This document shows, in pieces, positions 52,801-64,000 of a stretch of 64,000 nt of DNA (its first letter is position 1; each line of letters starts with the position of its first letter). The translations under genes and the position numbers were made by a program. The notes under the pieces are model-generated. The model searched no databases and was not told where the DNA came from. It worked only from the letters and a program-made list of their open reading frames with translations. The stretch lies in contig NIVC01003499.1 of the NCBI GenBank assembly GCA_002269645.1, forward strand, positions 30,737-94,736, given 5' to 3'. The DNA comes from Macrostomum lignano. Taxonomy: Eukaryota.

Positions 52801-54761
52801 ACAACGTCAAACTTTTCCTGACGCAGAAGGATTTCCGTTAGCTTGAAGCGGCCAGTAAAAATCGACCACATGACCAGAGTGTCCATGGGGTGACGCATAT
52901 AGTCTGACTGTGCTTGAAACTCTACCTCGCGGTAGGCGCGAAGTTTGAAATTTGAACATTTTTGTCCGTAAAACCGAGTAAACGCTTCCCTGTCCAGCCG
53001 GTGATCGGATATGAAGTTATTCGTCAAGTGGGATACGATTCCATTGTTGCCTCGGTTTGGCGTATGAACATACAGCTCATCGATGTGCTCCTCTATGTGA
53101 GCTCGAATTTCAAACCAAATAAGACCGCAGTTCATAATTCGCTCGAGCATCACACTGTCCTCTCTAAAGAGAACATAGCGAACGATATTTGAGCAAGTCT
53201 TCAGTAAGACATCCTTATTTCCTGGATCTAGAAGAACATGAATTGCTTCTGTTTGAAGAAGCTTCAGCACGACGTCTTTGAACTCGATGAGGTCTATCTT
53301 GTCGTCTTTTTCTAGCTTTGAGAGCAGCTCGGCCTCCTCATCCCTGGATAGCTCATCGTATTTTATCTGGCACAATTGGAACTCATTGTCGACAGCATCT
53401 AGAAAGTTGAGGTACTGCTGAAACTGTGGGTCTTGGAAAAGTTCGCTAAATGACCGCGCCTCGCTTTTTGTCATCTCCTGAGTGAAGAAGTAGGCGAGAT
53501 CGCTCATGAGAACAACGCTGCCGAGACCCAAGACCTGATCAATCACCGTCTTCTTGCTGTCCGACTGGATATCAACAAATGCGCCATTGTTGAGAAGCAT
53601 GGCCGTGATATTGCGGTTCTGGTTGATCACGGCAATGTGCAGGGCCGTTTTGCCTTCGTATCCCTTTAGGTTGATGACATCCTGGCTGCAGTACTCAAGA
53701 AGCGTCTTCACATGAATAGTTGAATCTTCAAGGCAAGCTCGGTGCAGAGGGCTGTTGCCCTGACGGTCACTCACGTCAACGTCAGCCTTACAAATTCCTG
53801 AAAGTAAAGAAAATACTCTATGCACTCTCATAAAGGTAGTATTGAATAGTTCTTAACCAATATGAAATATAGTTTGCTTACTTAAAAGACAAGAGAGAAC
53901 GTCGTTGGTTTGAAACCCACACGCTCTGTGCAGAGGGTACTCCCCGCTTGGCAGAGGAATGTTCGGGTTGGCGCCCAAGGCAACCAGTTTTCTCATGACT
54001 CGAGTCTGCTGGCTCTCCACGGCGTAGTGCAGAGGCACGTAATTTCCCGGATTTTTCTTGTTGAAATCTACGCCTCTGTTGTGCAGAATGTCCAGCACGT
54101 GCAAGTGACCATCAGCAGCTGCTATGTCAGCCAGGGTTTGGTGACATTTATGGCATTCGTAGAGGTTCGAGCCTGTCAACATGGACTCGAGCTTATTGAG
54201 CTCACCATTGTAGTATGCTTGCATGAGTGGCGTCATTATCACATCATCTTTCTTCTTTATCGATGGCGATATGCTCGGCGCAATGATCAAGTTGCGAAAG
54301 AATCCAGGCGGCCGATTAGTTCGGACCTCCCGGACAGGTCTCGAATTTCGGCGCCTTTGAAGAGCAGAATAGTCGCGACCGGTGTCGATAGAGTCGCCGG
54401 TGTTGGACGAAGCCGATTCGAATCTCTGCCTGCGCAGCTGTTTCAGCTCTTGTCGTCGATATTGTACATGCCGGCGCGTCGAACCGCTGACGACGTCGTC
54501 GGAATCGTTAATCCGTATGGAAATTCTGGTACCAGGAGGCTTTTTGCTATCCATCGCTGCCGGTGTCTTCGGTAGTTGCTCCTGTCGGAGCTGCTGTTCT
54601 TCACTGAATTGCTGATGTTGCTGCAGCTGCTGCTGCTCGTGCTGCTGTTGAGCCAATGAATATTGCTTAGGCAGCAGAGGTCGATGACGAACGCTTGAAT
54701 GCCTGGCGGCAATACCCGTGTTGTCGCTGCGTCCTTTGTCACTGGCCGGCTGCCCCGGCAT
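49841..54761 (-). CDS. TRP channel with N-terminal ankyrin repeats and TRPM-like pre-S1, transmembrane and TRP-box regions; 4 exons, 1365 aa
   Basis: Exons 54761-53882, 53797-51674, 51226-50860 and 50567-49841, GT-AG, 4098 nt in frame. About 6 ANK repeats (PLHYAV, YPLHRAC, SPLHRAC, TALHIAV). TRPM-type motifs LVMWSIFTGR, YGDITCIQLA, FYRIPAVKF, KWNIID, YWVRLL, LGPKLKMI, ILLLNLIIALFS and TRP box WQFERHELIEEFQTRSCLPPPF. Confidence 0.92.
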
Positions 54762-55927
54762 CTATATATATACCAAAGTTTCCAACGCTAGACACAAATA
54801 AAAGCACATAAGAGAAAGGGTAAGAATGAATACGGAAGGAATTTATCTTCAGTCTACATGTATTCTACAGGCTCCATTTTTTCAGAATTTTTACTGTCGG
54901 TGACAGGCTCGGGTCAGTCCGCTCGTGTAGACTAAGGTGGGCTGAGATGCAGAAGCGGTGTGGAAAAATATGAAGAATGACTTGGTCGCTCGGCCGGCAG
55001 TTGGTTCCAGAAATGAATGCCAGGTTTAGAATCCAGGACTCTTTCTGCTGCGTCAGCTGTGCTTGCGTCTGCGTACACACCGGTACCCTGTAGAGCGTGC
55101 ACTGAATTTATGAAGCAAAAATCTTGCTGGGAGGTTTCTGCAGCAGTCTTCGATCCTCCCAAATGATACTTTACTGCGTTTTCCCGAAAGCACGTGTGTG
55201 CTAGTTCGGTATTTTAATCATGTTTAATGCGCCGGAGCGACGATCAAAGCACTTTTGAATGGCGATTTCGGCACCAGGTTCGAACCCTCCGATCGATAAG
55301 TACTGCGCTGGTGAGGAATAGCCCAGGTAAGGCAAGGGCTGCGCAAAACGTGATCCTCTGTCTCTGTCCAAGGATGGGAGTGCAGATGGTTACCTGTACA
55401 ACTGGTGCAAAATTTCCCAACCTCCGGTGCATTGAACCCCGTCCTCGATGCATCCTGCATGATACCCAGCCACTAATTGCCTTTCCTCCAGAAAAGCGTT
55501 TGCGAACCCAAATTGCCCCCAGCACAAAACATATGGAACTTAGTCATGGAGGCATTCTTTGTGCTGCCGGTATGCCAAAAGCGTAGCCTGAATGCCACTG
55601 CAACTTAGCATGACCTTTCCTATTTGGATTTATAATTTATGGAGCATGAAAAGTTCACTGAATCTAATCGCATCTAGTAGTAGATGCACAAAATCAAACT
55701 AAGCTTCTATTAAGCTTCTGAAGCTTGTTAGAGCTTCTAAAGCTTGTTAAGCTTCTATTAAATTGCATGGTACACAAGCTTGCAAAACTGTCGAAGTTAC
55801 AAATCAGTGTTTTCAATTCGTTTCTGCTAAATATGAGGATTTCTTACTCAATTCGAGCCTGCGAGCAGTAAATTCCGCAGATGTCAGTGATGCCATTGTC
55901 TTGGTAGTCATCTCATGATGCAAAAGA

Positions 55928-56235
55928 GGGTGTAGCCTAGTGGTTAGAGCATCGGACTCACGACTTGAAGGTCGGGGGTTCGATTCTTGATTCACTCGGA
56001 ACAATTTGTGTCCTTGAGCAAGGTGCTTAACTCTGCATTGCTTCAGTTCACCCAGCTGTGAAATGGGTGCCAGCATTAGCTGGGGTAATTGAGGCTGTGT
56101 GTGGCGACCCCCCCCCCCCAGTCCTTAGACTGAACAGCCGTACGCAGCCTTCAGATGCGCCGCGCCATAGCTGCGGCTGAGCTGTCGGTTGCACATATGG
56201 CTTAATTGTGGCGAGTGTAATCAATTATTATCATT
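55928..56235 (+). mobile_element. tRNA-derived SINE with CORE-like central domain, copy 2
   Basis: Same A/B boxes, central CCTTGAGCAAGGTGCTTAACTCTGCATTGCTTCAGTTCACCCAGCTGTGAAATGGG and 3' part as the copy at 45444. Confidence 0.88.
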
Positions 56236-57292
56236 AACTTTTATTAAAAGTCCTAAAATCGGGGAGATGGTCTAGAAGATGTTGACTTGAACGCCTCTCT
56301 ACCCACGTATCCTCTACAGAACGTGTCAATATATTGAAACCAGTAAATCACATGGCAGTCGGCCCTGTAGCTTCTTGTGACATCAGCCGCCTTTTGGTGT
56401 ACGGCGTCCAGTTGTCTCGTACCGTCTTCCGATTGAATAGACAGTCCGGATCTACACATTCAGCCACTGAGGAATTGCCGATTCTCCGCCTTACAGGGCC
56501 AGTATGAACAAGGAGTACTTGTCATCGTCCTCTTCAGAAGTTGCGCAACTTGCGCTGCTCTCCGAATCACTCATCATAACAAGGGCTAAAAATCAAATGA
56601 GTCCATGGCAGTCTATGGCTTGAGCAATATTGACTGGGGAATGCGATAGTAAACATTTTAGATTTACTATAAGTATCGGGAAGTGTGCGCTAGTGCATCG
56701 TATACCTCACTATTTCTAAATTGATCTCAGTGGCCTTCCGTTTCTATTGTAAGCAAAGCCAGTAAGCCGGAAGCACTGCAATGTTACACCTGAAGGTGAA
56801 ACACGACTTTTCAATATAGAATAATCTATGGAATAATAGAGTCAGCAATTCTTTTGCGCCCTAAAATAAATTTTAATAGTTTTGGTTCAGTTAAACCAGA
56901 GCCTAGATCCTGTTAAACTGCTGCAACGTCTAGTAAATAAAGCATCTGGAGCGTCAATGGTGCTGTATGGATATAGAAAAATCCCTTGTATAGTATCTAA
57001 CAAAGTTGCAAAACTGCAGCTCAGAGAACTATTGTTCTGCTTGATTTTATGTTGTCCCATAATCTAGTAAAAGTCAGTAGTATGCCTTCTAGTTATGTCT
57101 ATGTTAGCCGACAATAGACTCTCTGCCGTCTACTTTTGTCAGTGGTCCATGCCTCTGAAATAACGCGAGAAAAAGTATGTTTCTGTATTTAAGAGCAGGA
57201 AAGAGCAGTACATCAGGGCTTTCTTTAAAATTTTTGCGACCACGGTATCAGGTCAGTAGCTTATGCGCGTTTCAAGGGTTTTCAAGGCATAT

Positions 57293-57622
57293 TTAGCTAT
57301 TTTCAGTGTAATGCTTGCAAATGATAATGGCAAAGAGACTGCATATCATCGCATTGTGTTTCCTGACATTCTGGAGATCGACTTTGGGGTCGCTTAACGC
57401 GTTAATCCACTTCTGGGCAGCAGAGTCACTCATAGGGAAGTTTTTCAGCGAGATGCTGACTCCATCATTTGTTGGTGGTGACAATTTATGTGTGCTGCAG
57501 CCCCGAACACAGCAGCTCCTCGAATTCAACACTCTTTTGCCCATTTGTTTGACAGCAAAGCACAAGGACGCGAGGACCGGTGAACTTTGTGTCTTTTGTG
57601 GATATTTTTGCAACCACGGCAA
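57293..57622 (-). pseudogene. THAP zinc-finger-like ORF, probably a DNA-transposon remnant
   Basis: CCVRGCS...NFP...KW...ICS(L)F/ICKHY matches the THAP pattern C-x2-4-C...FP...W...C-x2-H-F with a disrupted final motif; no transposase ORF follows. Confidence 0.55.
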
Positions 57623-58647
57623 AAATATGCCTATGTCCCTTAAGCTACTGACCTCAGACTTGGCTTAAACGCTGTCGGCTTAATTAGATTTTTCTTGCAA
57701 TTTCTTTTCTTGGTCGGTCTTCTCCCATTGAATGCATTGAGAGTGGCCTATCGAGGGAATATAAGCTTTATGGTCCAGCCTATCGCCGAGAATAGCTAGT
57801 TCGTTTGCATTCAAAACGAAACCAGAGCTCACTTTACGTCGGTTCTTACGTTCTGGCAAGAATTTTGTCACCTGTTCTTAAAAAATTTCGAAAGCCCCAG
57901 TGTTTGTTATTCAAAGCCGTCTTCAAACACCTACGTCTGTGCGGTCTCTACCAAAGCAGCTACGCTCGTATTAAGAGAAGACAGTCGGTCTATCACAAAG
58001 ACTCGTTCTAGCGAGTCAAATTTGAAAGATAAACGTAAATTCTCAGCTTTGGAGCGAACAGCAAAGGGTAAGAGTATTCCCAGCGAAGTGGAGGCTGCTC
58101 TAAAAATAGCTATTTACCTTCGGGCTGGGTGAAAACCTACATGGGCCGTGAAGGTACGACAGGGCTTTCCAATGCAGTTTGCGAGTCCTTTTCTCTGGTC
58201 TCTTTTGTCCAAACAGCTTTGTGCCGCGTGAGACATACGCGCACTCACACACACACAGAGTTTCACAACCGCCCCAAGCCTATTGTGCCTGAAATATTTT
58301 GGAATGTGCAACCCAAACTTGGGGCCGAAACGCTGCACACTTCGCACTCACTGCGTATCGATTCCCCCCCCCCCCCTGACCCAGAAACACAGCTCCCCTG
58401 CAGCTGTATTCCTACTCGCCACAGCGTGCTGCCCTGCTCAATTTTCATTGGGTCGCAGCGGCATGCTCAACGGCGTAAAGAGACAGAAGAGCGAAGCGGA
58501 CAGACTTTGAATTTGAGCATAGAGAAACAGCTTGTTGATAAGCGGCCCGTGTAAATCTACCGCAGAATACGCTCGACTCAAAGATATTAGGGTAGTTTAT
58601 TACAGCTATATCGTCCATATCGTCCATATTCGCCCGCTAAAGCAAAG

Positions 58648-59782
58648 ATGAGCAGCTCAGCTTCCGAAGCCGCCCGTCATCAGCAGCTGCTCTCAGAGCT
58701 GCTATCTCGAGTGTCTGATGTGGAGCCACTAGCTGGAGAGAACTATTTCCAGGAAGAAGAGACGTGAGTTTTGCTTGATCTGTACAGCAGGGGCGTCGCC
58801 ATGGATTTTATTATGAGGGGACAAAGCCAAGAATTCTGCATGAATAAATTCCTACATTATTTTGGGAATAGGTGTTGATAGCACTCATTTTTGCGCCGCA
58901 GGCACTCATTGTGGCGCTGCAGGCAGGCACTCATTTTAGCGTTGCAGGCACTCATTTTGGCGCCGCAGGCACTCCAGTTTTGCGCCGCAGGCAATCCATT
59001 TTGGCGCCGAAGGCACCCATTTTGGCGCCGCAGGCACTCCAGTTTTGCGCCGCAGGCACTCATTTTTGCGCCGCAGGCACTCATTGTGGCGCTGCAGGCA
59101 GGCACTCATTTTAGCGTTGCAGGCACTCATTTTAGCGTTGCAGGCACCCATTTTGGCGCCGCAGGCACTCCAGTTTTGCGCCGCAGGCAATCCATTTTGG
59201 CGCCGAAGGCACCCATTTTGGCGCCGCAGGCACTCCAGTTTTGAGCCGCAGGCAATCCATTTTGGCGCCGAAGGCACCCATTTTGGCGCCGCAGGCACTC
59301 CAGTTTTGCGCCGGAGGCAATCCATTTTGGCGCCGCAGACGCTCTATTTTGGCGCCGCAAGCAATCCATTTTGGCGCCGAAGGCACTCATTGTGGCGCCG
59401 CAGGCACTCTATTTTGGCGCCGCAGGCACTCATTCTAGTGCCACAGACACTCTATTTGGCGCCTTAGGCACTTATTGTGGCGCTGCAGACACTCTTTTTA
59501 GATCCGTTAATTTCCGTTACGGATCACAATGTGGAGTGGGGGGGTCAGTCAATGAGGACAATGATGGCAAAAGATTACAATAGTTGAGAAAGGAAGTCAA
59601 TTTCATTGATTTTTATACGCGATTCGCCATTTCAAAGGCTGGTCCGATTTCTCAAAGCCCGCGAGTGGAACTTGGACGCCGCTGAGAAGCAGCTGCGCGA
59701 TGCCATCGCTTGGAGACGATCCTATCAACCGCTGACTGTCGACTGTCGATGGTGCCACGAGCAGCCTGGGTATCACAGCATG
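58648..59782 (+). CDS. CRAL-TRIO/Sec14-like lipid-binding protein, first two exons (gene probably continues beyond the window)
   Basis: Exon 58648-58763 (ATG...AC|gtgagt) joins exon 59638-59782 (aaag|G...ATG|gtgaga) in frame: MSSSASEAARHQQLLSELL...EEETLVRFLKAREWNLDAAEKQLRDAIAWRR, matching the CRAL-TRIO-N motif LxRFLxARxW. No further exon was recognised before 64000. Confidence 0.75.
58875..59480. repeat. Tandem minisatellite, about 20-22-bp unit, in CRAL-TRIO intron 1
   Basis: TTTTGGCGCCGCAGGCACTCA-like units x about 29. Confidence 0.94.
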
Positions 59783-59959
59783 GTGAGAGTCTCATTGATG
59801 CTGCATTGGTCCTTTGTAGCTGTGTCCCCATCTCTACTGAATTATTTCAAGCAATTTTATTCTCGCATTCATTGCCTGAATTCCTGTCTCTCCGTGTTTG
59901 TCCCTCTTTCTTGGTGCCTGTCCCTGTCTTTCCGTGTCTGTCTCTGTCTCCGCCCCGTC

Positions 59960-61550
59960 TTTATCCCTGTCCATATCCTTATCCCCATCCCAGTCCTTAT
60001 CCCTATTTCTATCCTTATTCCTATCCCTATTCCTATCCTTATCCCTATTCCTATCCCTATTCCTATCCTTATCCCTATTCCTATCCCTATTCCTATCCTA
60101 TTCCTATTCCTATCCCTATCCCTATTCCTATTCCTATCCCTATCCTATCCCTATTCCTATCCTTATCCATATTCCTATCCCTATTCTATCCCTATTCCTA
60201 TTCCTATCCCTATTCCTATCCCTATCCTATCCCTATTCCTATTCCTATCCCTATTCTATCCCTATTCCTATCCCTCTCCTATCCCTATTCCTATTCCTAT
60301 CCCTATCCTATCCCTATTCCTATCCTTATCCATATTCCTATCCCTATTCTATCCCTATTCCTATTCCCATCCCTATTCCTATCCCTATCCTATCGCTATT
60401 CCTATCCCTATCCCTATTCCTATTCCTATTCCTATCCCTATCCCTATTCCTATCCCTATTTCTATCCCTATCCCTATTCCTATCCTTATCCCTATTCCTA
60501 TTCCTATCCCTATTCTATCCCTATTCCTATCCCTCTCCTATCCCTATTCCTATTCCTATCCCTATCCTATCCCTATTCCTATCCTTATCCATATTCCTAT
60601 CCCTATTCTATCCCTATTCCTATTCCCATCCCTATTCCTATCCCTATCCTATCGCTATTCCTATCCCTATCCCTATTCCTATTCCTATTCCTATCCTTAT
60701 CCCTATTCCTATCCCTATTCTATCCCTATTCCTATTCCTATCCCTATTCCTATCCCTATTCTATCCCTATTCCTATTCCTATCCCTATCCTATCCCTATT
60801 CCTATTCCTATCCCTATCCTATCCCTATTCCTATCCTTATCCATATTCCTATCCCTATTCTATCCCTATTCCTATTCCTATCCCTATTCCTATCCCTATC
60901 CTATCCCTATTCCTATCCCTATCCCTATTCCTATTCCTATTCCTATCCCTATCCCTATTCCTATCCCTATTTCTATCCCTATCCCTATTCCTATCCTTAT
61001 CCCTATTATCCTATCCTATCCCTATTCCTATCCCTATTCCCTATTCCTTATCCCTATTCATATCCCTATTCTATCCCTATTCCTATTCCTATCCCTATTC
61101 CTATCCCTATTACTATCCTTATTCCTATCCTTATCCCTATCCCTATCCTATCCCTATTCCTATCCTTATCCCTATTCCTATCCCTATTCCTATCCCTGTC
61201 CCTATTCCTATCCCTATCCTATCCCTATTCCTATCCCTATCCCTATTCCTATTCCTATTCCTATCCCTATCCCTATCCCTATTCCTATCCCTATTTCTAT
61301 CCCTATCCCTATTCCTATCCTTATCCCTATTCCTATCCCTATCCTATCCCTATTCCTATCCTTATCCCTATTCCTATCCCTATTCTATCCCTATTCCTAT
61401 TCCTATCCCTATTCCTATCCCTATTCCTATCCGTATTCCTATCCTTATCCCTATCCCTATCCTATCCCTATTCCTATCCTTATCCCTATTCCTATCCCTA
61501 TTCCTATCCCTGTCCCTATTACTATCCCTGTCCCTATTCCTATCCCTATC
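59960..61550. repeat. Complex hexamer microsatellite (CCTATT/CCTATC)n
   Basis: About 1.6 kb of CCTATY with 5-nt slips; source of the IPIP / SYPY / LSLF pseudo-ORFs. Confidence 0.97.
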
Positions 61551-61624
61551 TAAAAATTTTTTCACATTTACTAGCAAAGCCACTCCATCGATCCAAGCCT
61601 TTCAATAGTTTCTCTGTCTGTCTT

Positions 61625-61625
<1 letters not shown>

Positions 61626-61705
<80 letters not shown>
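61626..61705. repeat. (CT)n microsatellite
   Basis: About 40 CT units; a shorter tract lies at about 61957-61998. Confidence 0.97.
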
Positions 61706-61709
<4 letters not shown>

Positions 61710-62682
61710 CTCTCTTTCGATCGTACGATTTTAATTTCACAATGATTTCTGCTTGTCTGACTTCAGCCGTGCCTCTCTCCGTCTGTTTCTCTCTGCCGTC
61801 GCCCCAACAACTGCATTCAGAGCGCGGTTGACCAATTGACCAAACTGGAACGAAAATAGCAACCTGAACGAGGGGAAAGTACTCGCGCATTCTAGGGAGA
61901 GGGAGTTTAGCTGCAGATTTTTGTAGACGCAAACTATTTACAGCTGGCTCATAGCTGCTCTCTCTCTCTCTCTCTCACTCTCTCTCTCTCTCTTTCTCTC
62001 CATTTTTCTACATTTCCATAGGCTTCTGATCAGACGAAAGTGCGAGTTTGCATGGAGAGCTCATGGGTAGAGAGAAAGTTGAGAAAAAAACAGAGGATCC
62101 GTCTGGCCTCTGCTGTATGCATGCATTAGTTGGAGTGATAGATGGTCCATTGGACGTCAGTGATGCAAGGATTTTGAGTGGACGATTCTATTTTGCGATA
62201 CGACAGCGGTCTTCAGTCATTCTAATAGAGGTCTAGAGACAGACTTAGGTCTAGAGTAAACCAACGACAGACATGGTTGTGAGGCTTCGACCGTTTTCTT
62301 ATAAAAAAACAAGAACTGAGGTCAGTGTTATTCTGTTGATTATTTGATTACGGCCATGTTTTGAACTGCAGAAACATCGATGGGTGTTATTATTCAAGGT
62401 CGGCTTGAAGAGTGGTCTCGAGTCGACGCAATCAAGATCATTTTAGCACTCATTTGTTAGTATTGTTTAATGTTGCAATATCAACATCAAAGCAGTCATT
62501 CACTGAGTGTTAGCGTTGTGTGTTAGCGCTTAACTTTCTACTAACTCAAGTAGACTAAATGAAGTTGTTTTGACATCACGTCCTTTTATCTGTAGAGTAG
62601 TCTAGAGTCAATTACAACGACTCTGTTACGCTTCTCGACCGAGTTGCCGTTTTCATCTTGAAAAAAAAACAATGTCAGACAC

Positions 62683-63434
62683 TATAGCATTTTGCAGCCC
62701 ATTTGGGCTTGCGCGCATTTAATTTAATCCAAGATACGTTTGCCAATGTGACAGAGCTTTTGTCTATGGTGGCGGGGCTGGCGCAGCGGCATTTCATTTG
62801 GTCCGGCAAGCATCCATTTGGTCCAAACACTCGTGAGCCATAGGACAAACTCTTGCCTTCTCTCAACCGTCTGCAGGTTGTTGCGCACCGCTGGAATGTC
62901 AGCGTCTCTACCTAAAATTTTCAGTTGCTTTTCCAGAGCTCTGCTGATAGTCGAAATCTGATAACCAACTGGAGCTGTTCCCTCAACTTCTGCTGCATTT
63001 TCTGAAACTTCAACAAAGGGTTCGTCTCCACTGCATCGAGTAGCAGTTGGACCTGAGGCTCTCGAGCAACTTTCCTTGGCGATTGCCACCCTTTCGCAGG
63101 CAATCTCTGCCGGCAGAGTTTCAACGCGCTGCTAGATGTTGTAAACCACCTTTTCTTTTACATTCAGCAACCTTGCAATGTCCTTTGGGTGTTCACCTCC
63201 GTCGAGTGCTTCGATCACAAGCCAATGACATTCGTTCAACAGCCTAGCATATGGTCCACAATTCTGGGGCTGAGCTGCAAATGAACTAAATGGATCAAAT
63301 TGATGCTTGTTGGACCGGATTGGGTGCCGCTGTGCCAGCCTTGCTACCATAGACAAAAAGCTCCATTACTTTGACAAACATATCTTGGATTAAATTCAAT
63401 GCGCGTAAGCCCAAATGGGCCGCAAAAAGCTATA
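62683..63434 (-). mobile_element. Internally deleted Tc1-like element retaining TIRs and the N-terminal HTH region
   Basis: About 65-bp inverted repeats (TATAGCATTTTGCAGCCCATTTGGGCTTGCGCGCATTTAATTTAATCCAAGATA vs TATCTTGGATTAAATTCAATGCGCGTAAGCCCAAATGGGCCGCAAAAAGCTATA). Frameshifted LVIEALDGGEHPKDIARLLNVKEKVVYNI and QLLLDAVETNP..STISRAL; no DDE domain. Confidence 0.8.
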
Positions 63435-64000
63435 TTAATAATGCTCGATAATTTTACCCATTAGAAATATAAAAGATTCGTGTCTGTTTTGGCTGACAAG
63501 AGGCTTAAGGGGACAGGGGGCAATCATTGGGGAATTAGAATCGGATTTAGAAATTTCCTAACAAGGAGAAGCGGTGGCGTTTCGATTGCTTCTCATAGTC
63601 TTGTGCGCCGGTTTCAGCCCAAAATGCAACAGAAAATTGCAGCTTCCTCAAGCGTGAGCTAAGCCTCGGGGAACTGGATTTCTGCTCAGTCTTAGTCCAC
63701 CCTGCTTGAGCTGGGCTATCCAAATTCTGCTGCTAAATCGGAAAAAAATAGAGCTGAAGCAAAAGATATCAAGATGACTGAAAAAAAAATAGAGAAAAAA
63801 AGGAGACATACTTGGCAGAGAGGTAGCGGTATTTATGTATAGCGGTAGATATAAAAGTAGATATAAAGTAATACAAAAAGGTAGATGTTGCAGTTGAGGC
63901 AGAGTAGAGGAAGGGGTAAAGAACAAGAGAGAGAAAGATGTGAAATAGTTTCAATCACTGCCAAATCATAATTTGTTTTGACGTGACTCAACATTTTTTA

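Noticed and set aside
58787-58845. CAGGGGCGTCGCC as a possible transposon terminus before the 21-bp array
   Set aside because: No matching opposite end was found in the window
59783-61831. 741/632/551-aa Ile-Pro / Ser-Tyr-Pro ORFs
   Set aside because: Read-through into a (CCTATY)n microsatellite; only 59638-59782 is a credible exon

Overview
Eukaryotic (animal) genomic DNA with GT-AG introns, GC-rich exons and very dense minisatellites. The style suggests a free-living flatworm such as Macrostomum, but that is only an inference. Six host genes were reconstructed by hand: a bombesin/GRP/CCHamide-type GPCR (minus, 4 exons, one 1-nt frameshift), an SLC26 anion transporter with STAS domain (plus, 10 exons, 886 aa), a canonical alpha-tubulin, an intronless divergent Cys-loop (nAChR-like) subunit lacking the acetylcholine-binding signatures, a 1365-aa channel with about six N-terminal ankyrin repeats on a TRPM-like body (minus, 4 exons), and the first two exons of a CRAL-TRIO/Sec14-like gene. 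Mobile DNA comprises a decayed Ty3/gypsy pol whose integrase is split by a 1580-bp Foldback/MULE-type element (9-bp TSD), a near-intact DD34D mariner inactivated by a 7-bp duplication, Tc1 remnants, two hAT-type MITEs, a 5'-truncated LINE with an 11-bp TSD, two CORE-like SINEs and an orphan THAP domain. About 14 tandem arrays cover roughly a fifth of the window (estimate by eye). Nothing here is prokaryotic and there is no CRISPR array. The best novelty candidates are the ankyrin-TRPM hybrid channel and the orphan Cys-loop receptor; neither can be called undescribed without database and phylogenetic checks.
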